DNA of 59,656 nucleotides, filler included, from Sphacelaria rigidula (GCA_964200075.2; 10 parts of 10 records of this genome joined end to end with filler, not necessarily neighbours in it); one strand, 5' to 3'; positions 12,432 through 24,787 are shown, numbered from the whole stretch's first letter. A program made the numbers and translations. The notes: generated from the letters alone by a model not told the origin.

Positions 12432-12741
12432 AGTGAGACACCCATGAGGCAGTGTATAAGCCGTGGCTGTCTCAGGAAGTTGCAATACCAGAAAATGAAG
12501 CAACTCACTGTAGGCTGTCATCCACATGCAAGATAATCAGAAGGCTTCGGGCCGAACAATCTCAGCAGATACAGCTCACCCTTCATGCGACTCGCCGAAG
12601 GCACCACGGCACTTCGCGCTTGGTGATTAAGTGCGAGCCTGGTCCGGCAAAAACCCGGCGTGGTGTGTCACGGCCTTTGTAGGGATGCGAGGTCAAAGGT
12701 CTCCTGATTATGACATGCATGATCATGAGTACACCCCCCCC
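12432..12741 (+). mobile_element. Family A retroposon, 5'-truncated
   Basis: Colinear with the 3' half of full copies; ends ATGAGTACA-C8; C-run also on the 5' side. Confidence 0.85.
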
Positions 12742-12760
12742 GCGCGCCCCCCTCATCTGC

Positions 12761-13035
12761 CATGCGGGACGTGAACGAGGGTGGTATGGAATCGTTTGAT
12801 GCATTAGACAGTAGGCAGAAAACGATGGCTATCCTAGGAGATAGATGGTGGCCAGAGACGGCGAAACAGCACGGGGATATGATATGTAAAAGGTTTCCGT
12901 GCAGTGTATGGAAGAAATGTAACGTGCACCAGAATGTTGGAGGTGTGTCTATTAGGAGTTGGAACGGTGCTCCGCCTCGAAAGGGATGCGTGGTCAATGG
13001 TCAAACGACTAAGGCAACAAATGTGTACCCCCCCC
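12761..13035 (+). mobile_element. LINE (family B) 3' fragment
   Basis: Encodes MRDVNEGGMESFDALDSRQKTMAILGDRWWP, homologous to 14765-15082; ends GTAC + C-run. Confidence 0.8.
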
Positions 13036-13067
13036 TCTTCTCTCTCACTTGACAAAATGGTTGGCAG

Positions 13068-13158
13068 GGGGCTCGTCTGACCGCGTACGAATTTGAGGCG
13101 GAAGGTTTCCCGGGAAGACTGATTGCGGACTCTGCTGTGGCGTCTCTCATGTCGCAAG
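13068..13158 (+). CDS. MRI1: Methylthioribose-1-phosphate isomerase exon
   Basis: GGCAG| acceptor; GARLTAYEFEAEGFPGRLIADSAVASLMSQ (MtnA QGARLTAxE motif); G|GTAGAC donor, phase 1. Confidence 0.9.
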
Positions 13159-14240
13159 GTAGACGCTTGGTATTGGTGTGTAGAATGTATCATAGTTGGC
13201 TATGTGCATGTGTATCGCACCCCGCTAGAAAAAGACGTGCTTCTGGTGTCTCGTACCTTTTTGTTTCGAACGCAAACTCCAAGTCTGTACGCTGTCGGAG
13301 GGGAGCCTGAAAATAGGCAAGCGTGAAATATGTACATACACTATGTGTACTGTTTTCGTCTGTTTTCGTGTTTTGAAGGTTAACAATGTAGCCGATGGCC
13401 GCTCATAAGGGATAGCCACCTCAAGGCAAGAATAATTCAGAGTATGAACTCTGTCACCGTGATAGGAATAGAAAAAACATTGGCAACAGGTCGAGCACAA
13501 CCGTGACTTTTCCAATATTAAAATGCTGAATCGTGTACTGTGGATAATGACGTGCCTCGCCCGCGGTCACGGATAGGACAAGACGGATGCGGCGCGACAA
13601 CGACAACAAGGCACACACGACCGAAAAAAGGAAAAACGTGCCCAAAGGAGGACAATACAGATGACCTTATGCCATTGTTGGTGACTGCCGCTGGAATATG
13701 GCGATGTCGATCCCAATGATTATCCTTGTCGACATATAAGTCGGGTATGGATATTAACGACGTTTTCGTGAGATTGAGAGTAGAGGATACGGTTGGAAGT
13801 GAAAAGCGGTCAATCGGTGAATGAGTCGTTTCAGTTCCGAAATGCCCCGCCACGAGGCCAAATATGCATTCTGTAGCAGCTTGCCCCTGAGGTCCTTCAT
13901 ACCCTTGAATAGGGCATCGACGTGTAGCTGTAAGCACACGCCAGCAATGGAGGTAAAACAAATGCACACACGGAATGAAGAACTGGCCAAGTTTAAGCAA
14001 ACGATGAAAGTCACTGTCAATCAGCACTCTACTCTCAATATCACGAAAGCGTTGTTGTATATAATTATAGTGACAGTAGTGGAAAGGCGAGCCGACGTCT
14101 GTGACCACAGGTTCGAGATATCCGGGTAATGTGCACAAAGAATGGTACGTAATCGTGTACACTGTCAATAAAATTGAAATGCTCTGGAATGACATTTCTC
14201 CTGGTATCCTTGGCATGGACTGACTGCATTGACACACCAG

Positions 14241-14392
14241 GTAAGGTGGATGCGGTGGCTGTGGGTGCTGATAGGATAGCTGCTAACGGAGACACCGCCA
14301 ACAAGATTGGCACACTTCAACTGGCGATTGCCGCTGCTCACTACGGCGTCCCCTTCCTCGTCGTAGCTCCGCTCACCGCTTGCGACCCCGAG
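14241..14392 (+). CDS. MRI1: Methylthioribose-1-phosphate isomerase exon
   Basis: [23 protein letters not shown] signature; CCAG| acceptor, |GTACTC donor; phase fits the neighbours. Confidence 0.93.
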
Positions 14393-14759
14393 GTACTCCC
14401 GAACGCCGCGCCCTGGTGGTCCCAACAGTGTTAGTATTTAGTAGAGCATTTTTCTAATCCTTTTCGCCGTCCCAATACGTACGAAGAACTCGCGCTCGCG
14501 AAAATTGCTGAGTGGAGTGCTGATCCAACGATCGACAAAAAAGTGTGCGGTGGGTAGCGATCGGAGGAGAGGGAGATGGGCTGGCCTCTGGGGGACTCGG
14601 ATTTGAACACTGGTTGCTTTGCTATTCTCGTAGATAATCCTTGTCCTGCAACGGGTTGCTACCGTGAGTCTACGGACGCATGCTGCGGAAGTGGGAGGGG
14701 GGGGGCGCGGGGGGGGTGTGCTCATGATCATGCATGCCATAGGGGGGCGTGGGGGGGGG

Positions 14760-15345
14760 CGTACTCATTTGTTGCTTGCCGTAGTCGTTCGACCATTGAC
14801 AACGCATCCCTTTCGAGACGGAGCACCGTCCCTATTCCTAATAGAGCCACCTCCGACATTCCGGCGCTCATCATGTTTCTTCCATACACCGCACAATAAC
14901 CTCTTACATATCTCATCCCCGTTCTGTTTCGCCATCTCTGGCCACCATCTATCTTCTAGTATAGCCATCGTTTTCTTCCTAGAGTCTAATGCATCGAACG
15001 ATTTCATGCTATCTTCTTTCACGTCCCGCATTTCCCCCTCTAGCGCGTCCCGTTCCTCCTTGTATAGTTCACATTCTTCCACTATATCACTTCTGCTCTC
15101 TCTGGCTTTGCCACAGAGGTAGTTCTGTTAATCTACGTCCTCCTCCTTTCGACGACTGGTAAATCTCTTCCTTCTGGCGGGTCCAGGTCCCCCACCCGGA
15201 ATCGCAGTTTCATATTTTTCGCAGCGTCCATCGGGCCATGCAAATATGCTTTCATCCCTATCCCCTCTCTCAACCACCCGGATATCTCCAGTAACGTTTT
15301 CGGTACTTGCTCCTTTTGGCCACAGCCAGATTCATAGCCGATCAC
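14760..15345 (-). mobile_element. Degenerate LINE (family B) ORF2 C-terminus and 3' end, inside an MRI1 intron
   Basis: YLHGPMDAAKNMKLRFRVGDL...CGKARESRSDIVEECELYKEER resembles a decayed C-terminal CCHC knuckle of non-LTR ORF2; stop and frameshift present; ends ATGAGTACG + C-run. Confidence 0.75.
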
Positions 15346-15400
15346 TTTCTCTGATGTGTCTATTCGATCAATTACTATGACTCCATACGCTCGCTACCAG

Positions 15401-15631
15401 ACCGCCACCGGCAGCGACATCGAGATCGAGATCGAGATCGAAGGACGCGCTGATTCTGAGCTGGAGATTGCGCTGGACGATATCGGTGCATGGAACCCGG
15501 CTTTCGATGTGACACCCAGTGACTTGATCACCGCAATTGTCACTGACAAGGGAGTTATTCGACCGGTTTCTCAGGGCGGCGGTGGTGCCAAGAAAGCGAC
15601 GTTTGATGTAAAGGCATTCGTTGCTAGTCAG
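15401..15631 (+). CDS. MRI1: Methylthioribose-1-phosphate isomerase exon
   Basis: CCAG| acceptor; [23 protein letters not shown] signature; CAG|GTGTGT donor; 77 codons. Confidence 0.9.
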
Positions 15632-16195
15632 GTGTGTGTGTATGTGTATGTATGTGTATGTGTATGTTCATGTGTATGTGTACGTGTTTTGTGTTGTGTG
15701 ATCGTTCTCAGTTTTATGCATCGTCTCCTATGCCATCTTCCTCCTTCTGGGGGGGTTGTGTTTTGTTTGCCTTGGATGCGTCTATCGTGCGACGGATGCT
15801 GGACTGTTGTCGGAACACATGATGTAACACTTGATGTGCGACACTCAATCCATGAACCAACGCGTGTCCTCGTTTTCCCCGACCTGTGTTTAGATCTCGG
15901 CGGTCGATTGAGAAGAACATGTAGTCTGGAAAGAAAAAGCCTTCTGGTGTGTTACGATACTCGGTTGCGTTGTTGCGGGTACTCTCCCACAAAAAAGACG
16001 TTATTCGTTAAGATATCTCGCGCACAAGTCGTGTTCATGCTTATTTTCTTCGGTTTAATTTACCTCTCGATATTTCATCTAATTCATTCTCCCCACCGAG
16101 TTTTAACGCGCACACTCATTTTCGTTCTGTGAGGTGTTTTTTATCCGCGCTTTCTCGGAACAGGATTTTGTATTTGGTTTCCTGGTCCCAGGGTT

Positions 16196-16305
16196 TTAAC
16201 TCTTTGACCGCGAGGGGTAAGTCACCAGCTGGATTGGCATCCATTTTCACTTGAAAAAAGTATGCATGGTCCGGATGGATTACCCGCACCGCGGTCTAAG
16301 GGTTG
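16196..16305. mobile_element. ~105-bp piggyBac-like MITE; relatives at ~32769-32981 (tandem pair), ~36637-36851 (tandem pair), ~39938-40040, ~32112-32160
   Basis: TTAA-C(C/T)CTTTGACCGCGAGGG...CCGCGGTCTAAGGG-TTGA; conserved core TTCACTTGAAAAAAGTATGCATGGTCC. Confidence 0.65.
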
Positions 16306-16418
16306 AGGTGCTTTTGTTTTTGATCTCATGTCATCTTCCTGCATATGTATTTCACGTTTTTTTGGTTGACCCCCTGTTTAACATTCTCGCAAACACACCA
16401 CCCCATTATTTGCAGTAG

Positions 16419-16445
16419 GCGGCAGCAACGACAGCAGCAGGATAG
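16419..16445 (+). CDS. Possible terminal MRI1 exon (AAATTAAG-stop)
   Basis: TTTGCAGTAG| tandem acceptor, phase 0; no homology support. Confidence 0.3.
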   Translation, partial: AAATTAAG

Positions 16446-17225
16446 GAACGCAAGGTTGGAGACGACGCTGCCGGCGCGCGGTAGCAGAAACGGCCACGGC
16501 GCCGTAGCAGAAGCGGTCATGGCGCGGGTTCTCGAAACTGCTCCACACCGCGAAGATATATAAAACACATGATGCACCGCACCGCTCGGTGACTGGTACA
16601 AGCCACAACGAGCGGCACCGTACGATACAATGAGCGGAACCGTAGGATACAATGAGCGGAACCGTACGACGCCAATCGCCGTACATGATAAAAACATGCA
16701 AGTGAATGAGTGTGTTCGGATGAACTGCTCGCGCGTGGTACCCGGTATTGTTTATAGTTCATCACCATTATCTAAAGGAATCAAGGCAGACATTCACCGT
16801 CTTGAAGTGCAGATCACAGCCAATTCGTACCCCGTGGACCAAGGACCGTCCACGCAGCAAGAATATTCTTCATGTACTCGATAGAGTGTATCGTGTGACA
16901 GCAACAACAGGGCGGCTAGCCCGAATTACATTATGAACTCTAACGAATAGCTGAATGGCTGCTCTACATTACGGACTGGTTAAGTGAGACGGAGTAGCAT
17001 TCGAGGCACGGGAATAACAACAGCAAGAAGTATCATCTGCCATAGCCTCCGCAGGTATCGCGCCGGGCTCTCCTCTAGTGCAGCAGTGTCCTTGTAAATT
17101 GTGCCCTTGTGTGACTCTCGTGTGAGCGTTGATTCGCCGGACCACAGCTCTCGGAAGCCAGCTTCAAAGTGAGTCCTCGCATGCCTACACCGGGGCGGAG
17201 CACGGGGAGGGGGAGGTGGGGGGGT

Positions 17226-17783
17226 TGTACTCATGATCGTACATGCCACAGTCATCAGACCATTGACCTCACATCCCTACAAAGCCGGACGGAGCACGCC
17301 GGGTATTCGCCGGACCAGGCTCGCACTTAATCACCAAGCGCAAAGTGCCGTGATGTGTTCGGCGAGTCGCATGAAGGATGAGCTGCATCCTGCTGAGATT
17401 ATTCGGCCTAAAGCCTACTGACTTTCTTGCATTTGTATTACAGCCTACAATAAGTTGCTGTATTATCTGGTATCGCTGCTTCTAGAGACAGCGACGGCTT
17501 ATACAGTGCCTCATGGGTGTCTCACCATGTGGACACCAAGTAGTACAATCATCCCCATTGGCGGAGTTGAGGTTGTCCCACGCCGCACGACATGATTTAG
17601 TTCGACTTCCATCATGGTTACCGCAAAAAAAACGCAAGCGCGCGAAAAAAAACGGTAAGCTGGTTGCCCAGCTTACGCAGTGAGTTACGTGTTTTATAGC
17701 ACCATCGCCAACCGACGCCAACCCCATCGGGGGTCCGCCCCTACAAAGCCGAGACGGAGCACGCCGGGTTCTCGCCGGACCAG
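17226..17783 (-). mobile_element. Family A retroposon, full length
   Basis: Complete from CTGGTCCGGCGAGAA to ATGAGTAC; G-runs on both sides on the + strand. Confidence 0.9.
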
Positions 17784-18872
17784 GGGGGGGGGGGGGGGGG
17801 GGGCTTGCCTCGCATAGTGCTGTGACGANNNNNNNNNNNNNNNNNNNNNNNNNNNNNNNNNNNNNNNNNNNNTTAATTAATTAANNNNNNNNNNNNNNNN
17901 NNNNNNNNNNNNNNNNNNNNNNNNNNNNATGCCCAGTACCAATGTACCGCGCAGATATCGGAACGGCTTTTAATGTGAAGACAACAACAACAACAACAAC
18001 ATGTCAGAAGGAGGATGCGTGCTTCTTTAGTACAAGATCCGGCTGCGGCGCCACCGCTTGAAATGAAGGAACAGATACAAGAAGCTGAACCAGAACGAAA
18101 AAAATGTAGTATAACAGAGTGTGCTGTCTCGAATGTGATCGTCTTGTGTGTCCTGTCCGTTCTCAACTACTGTTGTGAAAGATGTGACCGACGAAACGGA
18201 AGGAAGGAGCAGAATTTGAAGGGAAAAAAAAAACTCCAGTCGGTGTCGTATAAGTAGTGCAACATCAGTGCAGCAGATCAAAATGGATGAATTGTGAATT
18301 GTACAGAGCACGCAGGGCTGCTACGACACCATGTAGGAGATAATGGTACAGCGCACCAAGGTCGAAAGCTTCTACAACAACAACAGTATACACGGCTTAG
18401 ACAGTTCATTGTGTCTATCGAAGGTTCCGAGTAAAGTGAACCAAGACGCGATGTGCTGTCAGCAGTTAATTAAAATGTTCGTTCCATCTGTACGGTACAA
18501 CTTCGAAGATGGAACATTTTTCATCAGTCCGAGATCCTCATTTATCATCATTTCCGCGCATCCTGCAGTCAGTATAATAATCAGCACAAACAAGACAGCG
18601 CTATTCCTGTCAGCAATGAACGGACTGCGTTCCATCTGATTTTGCCGCGGGGTCGTACGATCTTCCGTCGTGCAACAGTCAGTACGCCACAGTTACTACT
18701 CTGTGGTTGGGGTCTTTCTGCAGCAGGGGTGGAAGTCCGAATAGGGAACGCAGAGAAAAATATCGTATTCCGAGAGTCACATGTTGGAACGCTGTTTCAT
18801 GGAAGAGTGCAACTTTGAAACTGATCAAATGAGTCGTAAACTGGGTGGGTGTGTTGTGTGGGTGGGTGTGTT

Positions 18873-18965
18873 GTCGTCCCATCTATTCTGGACGCCAGTC
18901 TACACCTTTCGGTATATGTGAGCGCACCAACCGGGGTCACAAAGCAGGAGGATCAACACACGTAG
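18873..18965 (+). repeat. Interspersed repeat, second copy at ~30396-30490
   Basis: CCCATCTATTCTGGAC.CCA.TCTACACCTTTCGGTATA shared between two contigs. Confidence 0.65.
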
Positions 18966-20265
18966 AAAATGTACTGATGGTATAGTGACTACAGGGTATT
19001 TCTCTTCTCCTTTGATTTACAAGGATATAGGAAAGGGCAGGGATGGGAGGCGGGTGATGTCTGACTAAAAAAAAGGGCGGCAATCGGTGTTCGATATATG
19101 TACACCGACACCATGAACAAGTTGACATGAATAGTTGCTGATAGCAGCTGGTTGTGTATCTACCTACTCGTCAACGCATCGCATGCACGATAATCCTTGA
19201 TAGCCACCACCACCATCTCACGATTGCATGTGTGAAGCGTGCACATGGTACTGCTCTGTGATCGAGATTCGTATTTCATTCCCGATTGCGACAGCGAAAG
19301 CTTCCGAAGTTGCCTTTTTTACTCTCTTCTGTATGATTACGAGTTGAGGAAAGGAATGATAAGGTGAGCAAATGAAAAGAAAACTGATTAAAGCCGATGC
19401 GTATGCACACAGCAAGGCCAAACAAAGAAGCACGGCAACAACAACCATGCATAGGAAGAAGAAAATCGTGTAAATCAACACTATGACACTCACCACGCTC
19501 CGGTACAGGCTGGCCCTTTGACTTCCCAAGGAGGCCCATCCCCGCACCCGCCAAAAATTCGAGTGCGCCCCTTTGTTGGGGTCACAAAAGACAAGACACA
19601 CAACCACTGAGCCAGAAGGCCACCTTTCCCGTCTCTCCTCCGCCAACGCCTGAGAAGGATGCTACTCCACCAAGGGAATGAGATATGGATAGCCTCCCCC
19701 CCCCCCCCGTGCAGCGCACACGTGTCCTATCCACTTGGTGGGTTTGTATGTGTCCAAGTTTGGAGTTGATTTTCAGGAGTCGCTGCTGTGCTGGGTGGAA
19801 CGCTTGCCATGTTTATGTTTCAACCCAGAAAATATAAGGGGTTCCAAAGTAGAACTACAAATAGAACTAACTATGCATAGGGTTCTAGTTCTGGCGGTAC
19901 CTGTCTTGCTCCTTGACAGATAATTCCTTCTGTCCCTGCCTGCAGCAGGAAAGCTCTTTATTTGGCAAGAAACGGCTCAGACAGCACTGCAGCTGGTAAG
20001 CGAATCTTAGAAAACAGACAGCACACAAACACGCATATAGCAGAGCATACACTCTCTCTTCTTCTGCGCTACTGACATGCTACATATGTATCTTCCGGGG
20101 TGAATCTAGTAGGTGCGTTTATGTTTCTACTCTGACCGCCTACTTGAGGGTGCGGAGAATCAATCCTTTACTCAACTCCATCACAGCGGCGACCGAGTAC
20201 CCGCCAGCGAGGGCCTCTCCACAAAACGAAGGCGGAAGTCGGGTTCATGGTGGATTTCCACTGTT

Positions 20266-21005
20266 ATGGTGAACAAAGCACCGGACACCGCTACTATTAG
20301 AGACACCACTGGGGCTGTGAAGATGCCTATTGGAACCTCGACGGCGGTCATGGCAGGTGCTATCACATCTACGAGAGCTGAAGCGGCAGGAATCGACAAC
20401 ACCTCCAGTGGACACAACGCTCATGATCAACAATGCTTGGATGCTGACACAGCACCTAGTACAAGCGCCGAGACCGCGATTCCTTCATTACCCCCATTAT
20501 CATCTTTCACTCCCACCACCACCCTTGCCACCAGAGCCACCATTACCAATACCACATGCAAGAATCGTGGCAGTGGCCTTGCCGCCGTCTCGGCGGGACA
20601 ACAGGGAGAACGAGTGCCTGAGGTGGAAGAGACACCAGCACCGTCGTCGCGATGTGCCTACAACGCCGGGCAGGAGGAGCGGGGGGTAAACGCAGCCTCT
20701 GTCACCGTGGGTGCGTCTTCTTCTGTACCTTCTGTTGCTAATCCTGCCATTGCTGTAGCTATAGATCCGGGTAATGGCAGCGAACCTCTTGCTGATGATT
20801 ATCAGCTGGTTGGCATGAGATCTACAACGACGGCTTCGCAAGATACGCGAGAAACCAGACCAGACGCGTCTGCGGAGAGGACGACCGGGCTACTGATGAT
20901 GCATCGCCAAGAAGAAAACAACGAAAACTCCGCCGTTGACCCCGAGCGTGAGGAAGAGGAAGCACGTGGGGGGGAGGATCAGCAACAGCTCCAGCAATGC
21001 CAGAC

Positions 21006-21059
<54 letters not shown>

Positions 21060-21266
21060 CGTTGAGCAGCCGACATCTTCATCCAGAGTGTCGTTCGTCG
21101 AAGCCTCCGTGAACGATTCAACCTTATCGCCGTCCGCATCGTGGTCGTCTATGCGCTCATTGTCATTGGACACTAGCTGGCGCGAGGCGTTCGATGCCGA
21201 CTCCGACTCGGTGAGCTGTTTATCCCGTGTCAATCCCGGCCCCCCTTTCATCCCAACGCCCTTTAG
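20266..21266 (+). CDS. Low-complexity coding exon with polyQ, product unknown
   Basis: Within the 392-codon ORF 20113-21291; first in-frame ATG at 20266; (CAA)17 at 21007-21057; candidate donor TTTAG|GTACTC after GPPFIPTPF. Confidence 0.55.
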
Positions 21267-21365
21267 GTACTCGTGGAACGTGCATGAATGACATACTGTG
21301 GACTATATTAGTGTACTGCTATCTGTACCGCACCACCGGAAACCGTCAACCCCCATCTCGAGGAT

Positions 21366-21578
21366 GACTAAGACCTGAAACAACTCATTCGAGAGGCCGA
21401 ATAGTCTTAGCAGAATGCAGCTCACCCCTCATGCGACTCGCGGAACATATCACGGCGCTTCGCCCTTGATGATTACGAGCCTGGTCCGGCGAAAACCCGG
21501 CGTGCTCCGTCCCGGCTTTTTACGGATGCGTGATCAATGGTCTGACGACTATGGCATGCACTATAATGAGTACACCCC
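21366..21578 (+). mobile_element. Family A retroposon, 5'-truncated, degenerate TSD
   Basis: Matches the family A 3' third; flanks CCCCATCTCGAGGAT / CCCCTTCCGAGGAT. Confidence 0.75.
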
Positions 21579-23723
21579 TTCCGAGGATTCGCCCAATCTG
21601 CGCGCGGACGTTTCTCATGCATAGCTATCTCGACAAAAATTGAGGGCCACGGACCGCAAAGAATGTTATTGAGTCTACCAGCGGCACACCTCTCGCCGCA
21701 AGTACATGCTAGTCCCTCAACTTGAGGGGAAACAGTGTTTCAGGGGTAAGCAGCCCAAGCAGCAGCAAAACATGGCAAATAAAGTAGGGTCCCTGCTCTC
21801 GCACAACCACCCCAGAGAGCGCCGCGTGGTCTGATCGATGGTCCCGGCGCTTGTATCATTTCGCACTTTGCCGTCATATCCTAAACGGCCTGTTGATGGC
21901 AGTTCGGGGACAAACCGGCACAGAAACCTACACATCTCTGCTCTTGCTCGATTGTCCCCTAATGTGGTGTGCGCGTCGCTGGCACCACGACGAGAACCAC
22001 GATGTCCGTTTCAACATTGAACTCGTCGTCGATAAAAGCGTGCGGGGTTTTCAAGCCTCTAGGGATGTGCATATCTTCGATTCCTCACGCGAGGTGTGAG
22101 GGTTAGGGCCTGATACTTTGAGGAGCGGTCCACATCGACCACTTGCAGGCCATCAGCCCCCCTGCTTTCATCAACAACTGCTTGCTGCTGAGCCTTCGGC
22201 AGGCACGACGTACCACTAAAGCCCAACCGTCCTCTCAGTCATGTTGGGCTGCAATTATATTGATCAACACCAGTACGCAAAAGAAAATCTGTCAAGCGCC
22301 CGGATGGCCAACTACCAGCTATCTATGCCTACGCCGTTGCCATCCTCCGAGAATCGGTGAGATTGTCGTGTTTATTATTTGCCACTTGACAATGGGTGCT
22401 AAAAGGGTTAACGGCGGATCATTTCTTCGGAAATCCAGCCAATGGGATCGACCCCCCCCCCCCTCTTCCACCCCCGTCTCCGACAAAAAAACTACAGTAC
22501 AGTAATGGTAGCTTTTAAACGGTCGATGCGCACCTCACCTCGGAATTTCAGGATCAAACTCTCATACCTTGCGTATGGGAATCGCGGGAAACACTTACGT
22601 TCGTCAAGGAGTGAGTCTATAATCTAGACGCATATCGTGGTATCGTAGTACGGCTTTTCGGAATGGGTTACACCAGATGAAGTGAGGGAAGGATTGAAGA
22701 ATTGATGACAGTTGACAACGACAAGCATCGCTTATTTGCGAGAAAATAAGTCTAGCACCTCAAGGGCGATACCCGCCGTCCCTGCAGAACAGTACGTGGT
22801 CGACCAAAATAAAAAGTGTCACCGTGTGACGTCATCCGTGTCCAGGAGAGTCCCTGTGCTCCAAGAGGTCGTGGATAACGCCGGGAACCGACCAAAGAAT
22901 GATAGCCTGGGGAGGGGGTTGTTGACTAACCAGAAGTATGCGTGGCGCTCTTTCGTTTCTCTCATCACTGGGTGTGAAAGACGTTACTTTTCTGTTTTGC
23001 TCGCGAGACGGAGAGGGGAGGAGGAGGGCATGATATTGAGGTCAAGATATTCACAAAACAATTTCAGACTTGCGCTGCGGCTATCATATTACTACCTGAT
23101 CTCCTTGTGCAGTGATGCTCTTGCAATTATTTTGCACAGTCTTACCAACGAGGGAGCTTTACTCTCCGGCGCGATACTGGCTTTTGGAAGAATATTGCCG
23201 GCTAACAATCGCACGGAATGATGTTCGAGGGGGGAGTCGGGGGGAGTCACGGAGATGATAGGAGTACGACTTCGTGGTACTTGGATGTAAAAGGCGTATA
23301 AATATAATTTGTGTTTCGCTCGGCGCGAAGAAATCGACCGCATACGCTATAATCTACCGGGGTGGGTCTCGTACAGGAAGGATGACGACTGCCACCTCGG
23401 AGCTTGTGAGACCGCCGAAGAGTAACGTATCGGTGGAGTGTGTGACCCGAGCACAGCAAATGGTTGGCGTGCGTGAATGTAACATGTGCCTTGATGCCTG
23501 CAGACCTTTTGATGCAAGATCTTCAGAAACAATGGAGTAGGACGAGGGGATAAAATGACATTTAATTAAGGTGCAGCTTATTGTCACCTACTTTTTCTTG
23601 AAATTGAAACGTGACTTCACCAATAACCTACACCTGAGAGGCTTGACTTCAACGCTGAGAACTTGAAGCTGAACTATATTCCGCAATCACGCTTATCTTC
23701 TAAACACGGACGGACGGGGGGGG

Positions 23724-23804
23724 GCGTAGTCATTTTTTGCTTGCCTCAGTCGTGTGACCATTAACCACGCATCCCTTTCGAGACGGAGCATCGTTCCTAC
23801 TCCT
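23724..23804 (-). mobile_element. LINE family B 3' end at contig edge
   Basis: Reverse complement of GCTCCGTCTCGAAAGGGATGCGTGG...GGCAAGCA..ATGACTACG + C-run. Confidence 0.75.
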
Positions 23805-23985
23805 NNNNNNNNNNNNNNNNNNNNNNNNNNNNNNNNNNNNNNNNNNNNTTAATTAATTAANNNNNNNNNNNNNNNNNNNNNNNNNNNNNNNNNNNNNNNN
23901 NNNNGGTTTTGGTGGCTTGTTTTACAGCGCTGTTGCCACTCGACGCCAACCCAAGAGTCTAGAGGTGAAGGGGGGTGGGGGGGGG

Positions 23986-24787
23986 CGTCCTCATTATGTT
24001 GCATGCCGTAGTCATATATATGAACATTGAACTCGCATCCCTACGTAGCCGGGACCGAGCACGCCGGGTTTTTCCGGACCAGGCTCGCGAACAATCACCT
24101 AGCGCGAAAGCGCCGAGGTGTGTTCGGCGAGTCGCGTGAAGGATGAGCTGCATCCTGCTAGGATTGTTCGTACTAATTATCTCGCATTTGTTGCGTTTGG
24201 ATGACATCCTCTGATGAGTTGCTTCAATTTCTGGTATCGACACTTCCAGAGACACGGCTTGTACACTGCGTCATGGATGTCTCACCACTTATACACCACG
24301 TAGTACTATCATCCCCTTTGCGCGCAGTTGAGGTTCTCCCACGCCGCACAATATGATCTAGCTCGACCACCACCATGATTCACGCAGCACGAAAAAAACT
24401 AAAGCGCGCGAAAAAAACGCGGTAACTGGTTGCCTAGCTTACGCAGTGAGAGGCGTGTTTTACAGCGTCACTGCCAACCGACGCCGACCCCACCGGCGGT
24501 CCGCCCCTACAAAGTCGGGACGGAGCACGCCAGGTTCTCGCCGGACCAGGGGCGGGGGGGGGGGCTACTCATGATCTTGCATGCCATACTCGTAAGACCG
24601 TTGACCTCGCATCCCTGCAAAGCCGGGACGGAGCACGCTGAGGTTTCGCCGGGCCAGGCTCAGGAGGTGGGGGGAGAGGGAGGGAGGTGTACTCATGATC
24701 TCGCATACCGTTCTCATATGACCAATGACCCCGCATCCCCACGAAGCCGGCCCCGGGACGGAGCACGCTAGGGTTTCGCCGGACCGG
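23986..24787 (-). mobile_element. Full family A copy (23986-24549) plus two stacked ~100-bp 3' fragments (24565-24660, 24687-24787)
   Basis: Three same-orientation 3' ends separated by G-runs. Confidence 0.85.

Noticed and set aside
15632..16132. C-terminal part of the 258-aa ORF
   Set aside because: Read-through into a TG-repeat intron
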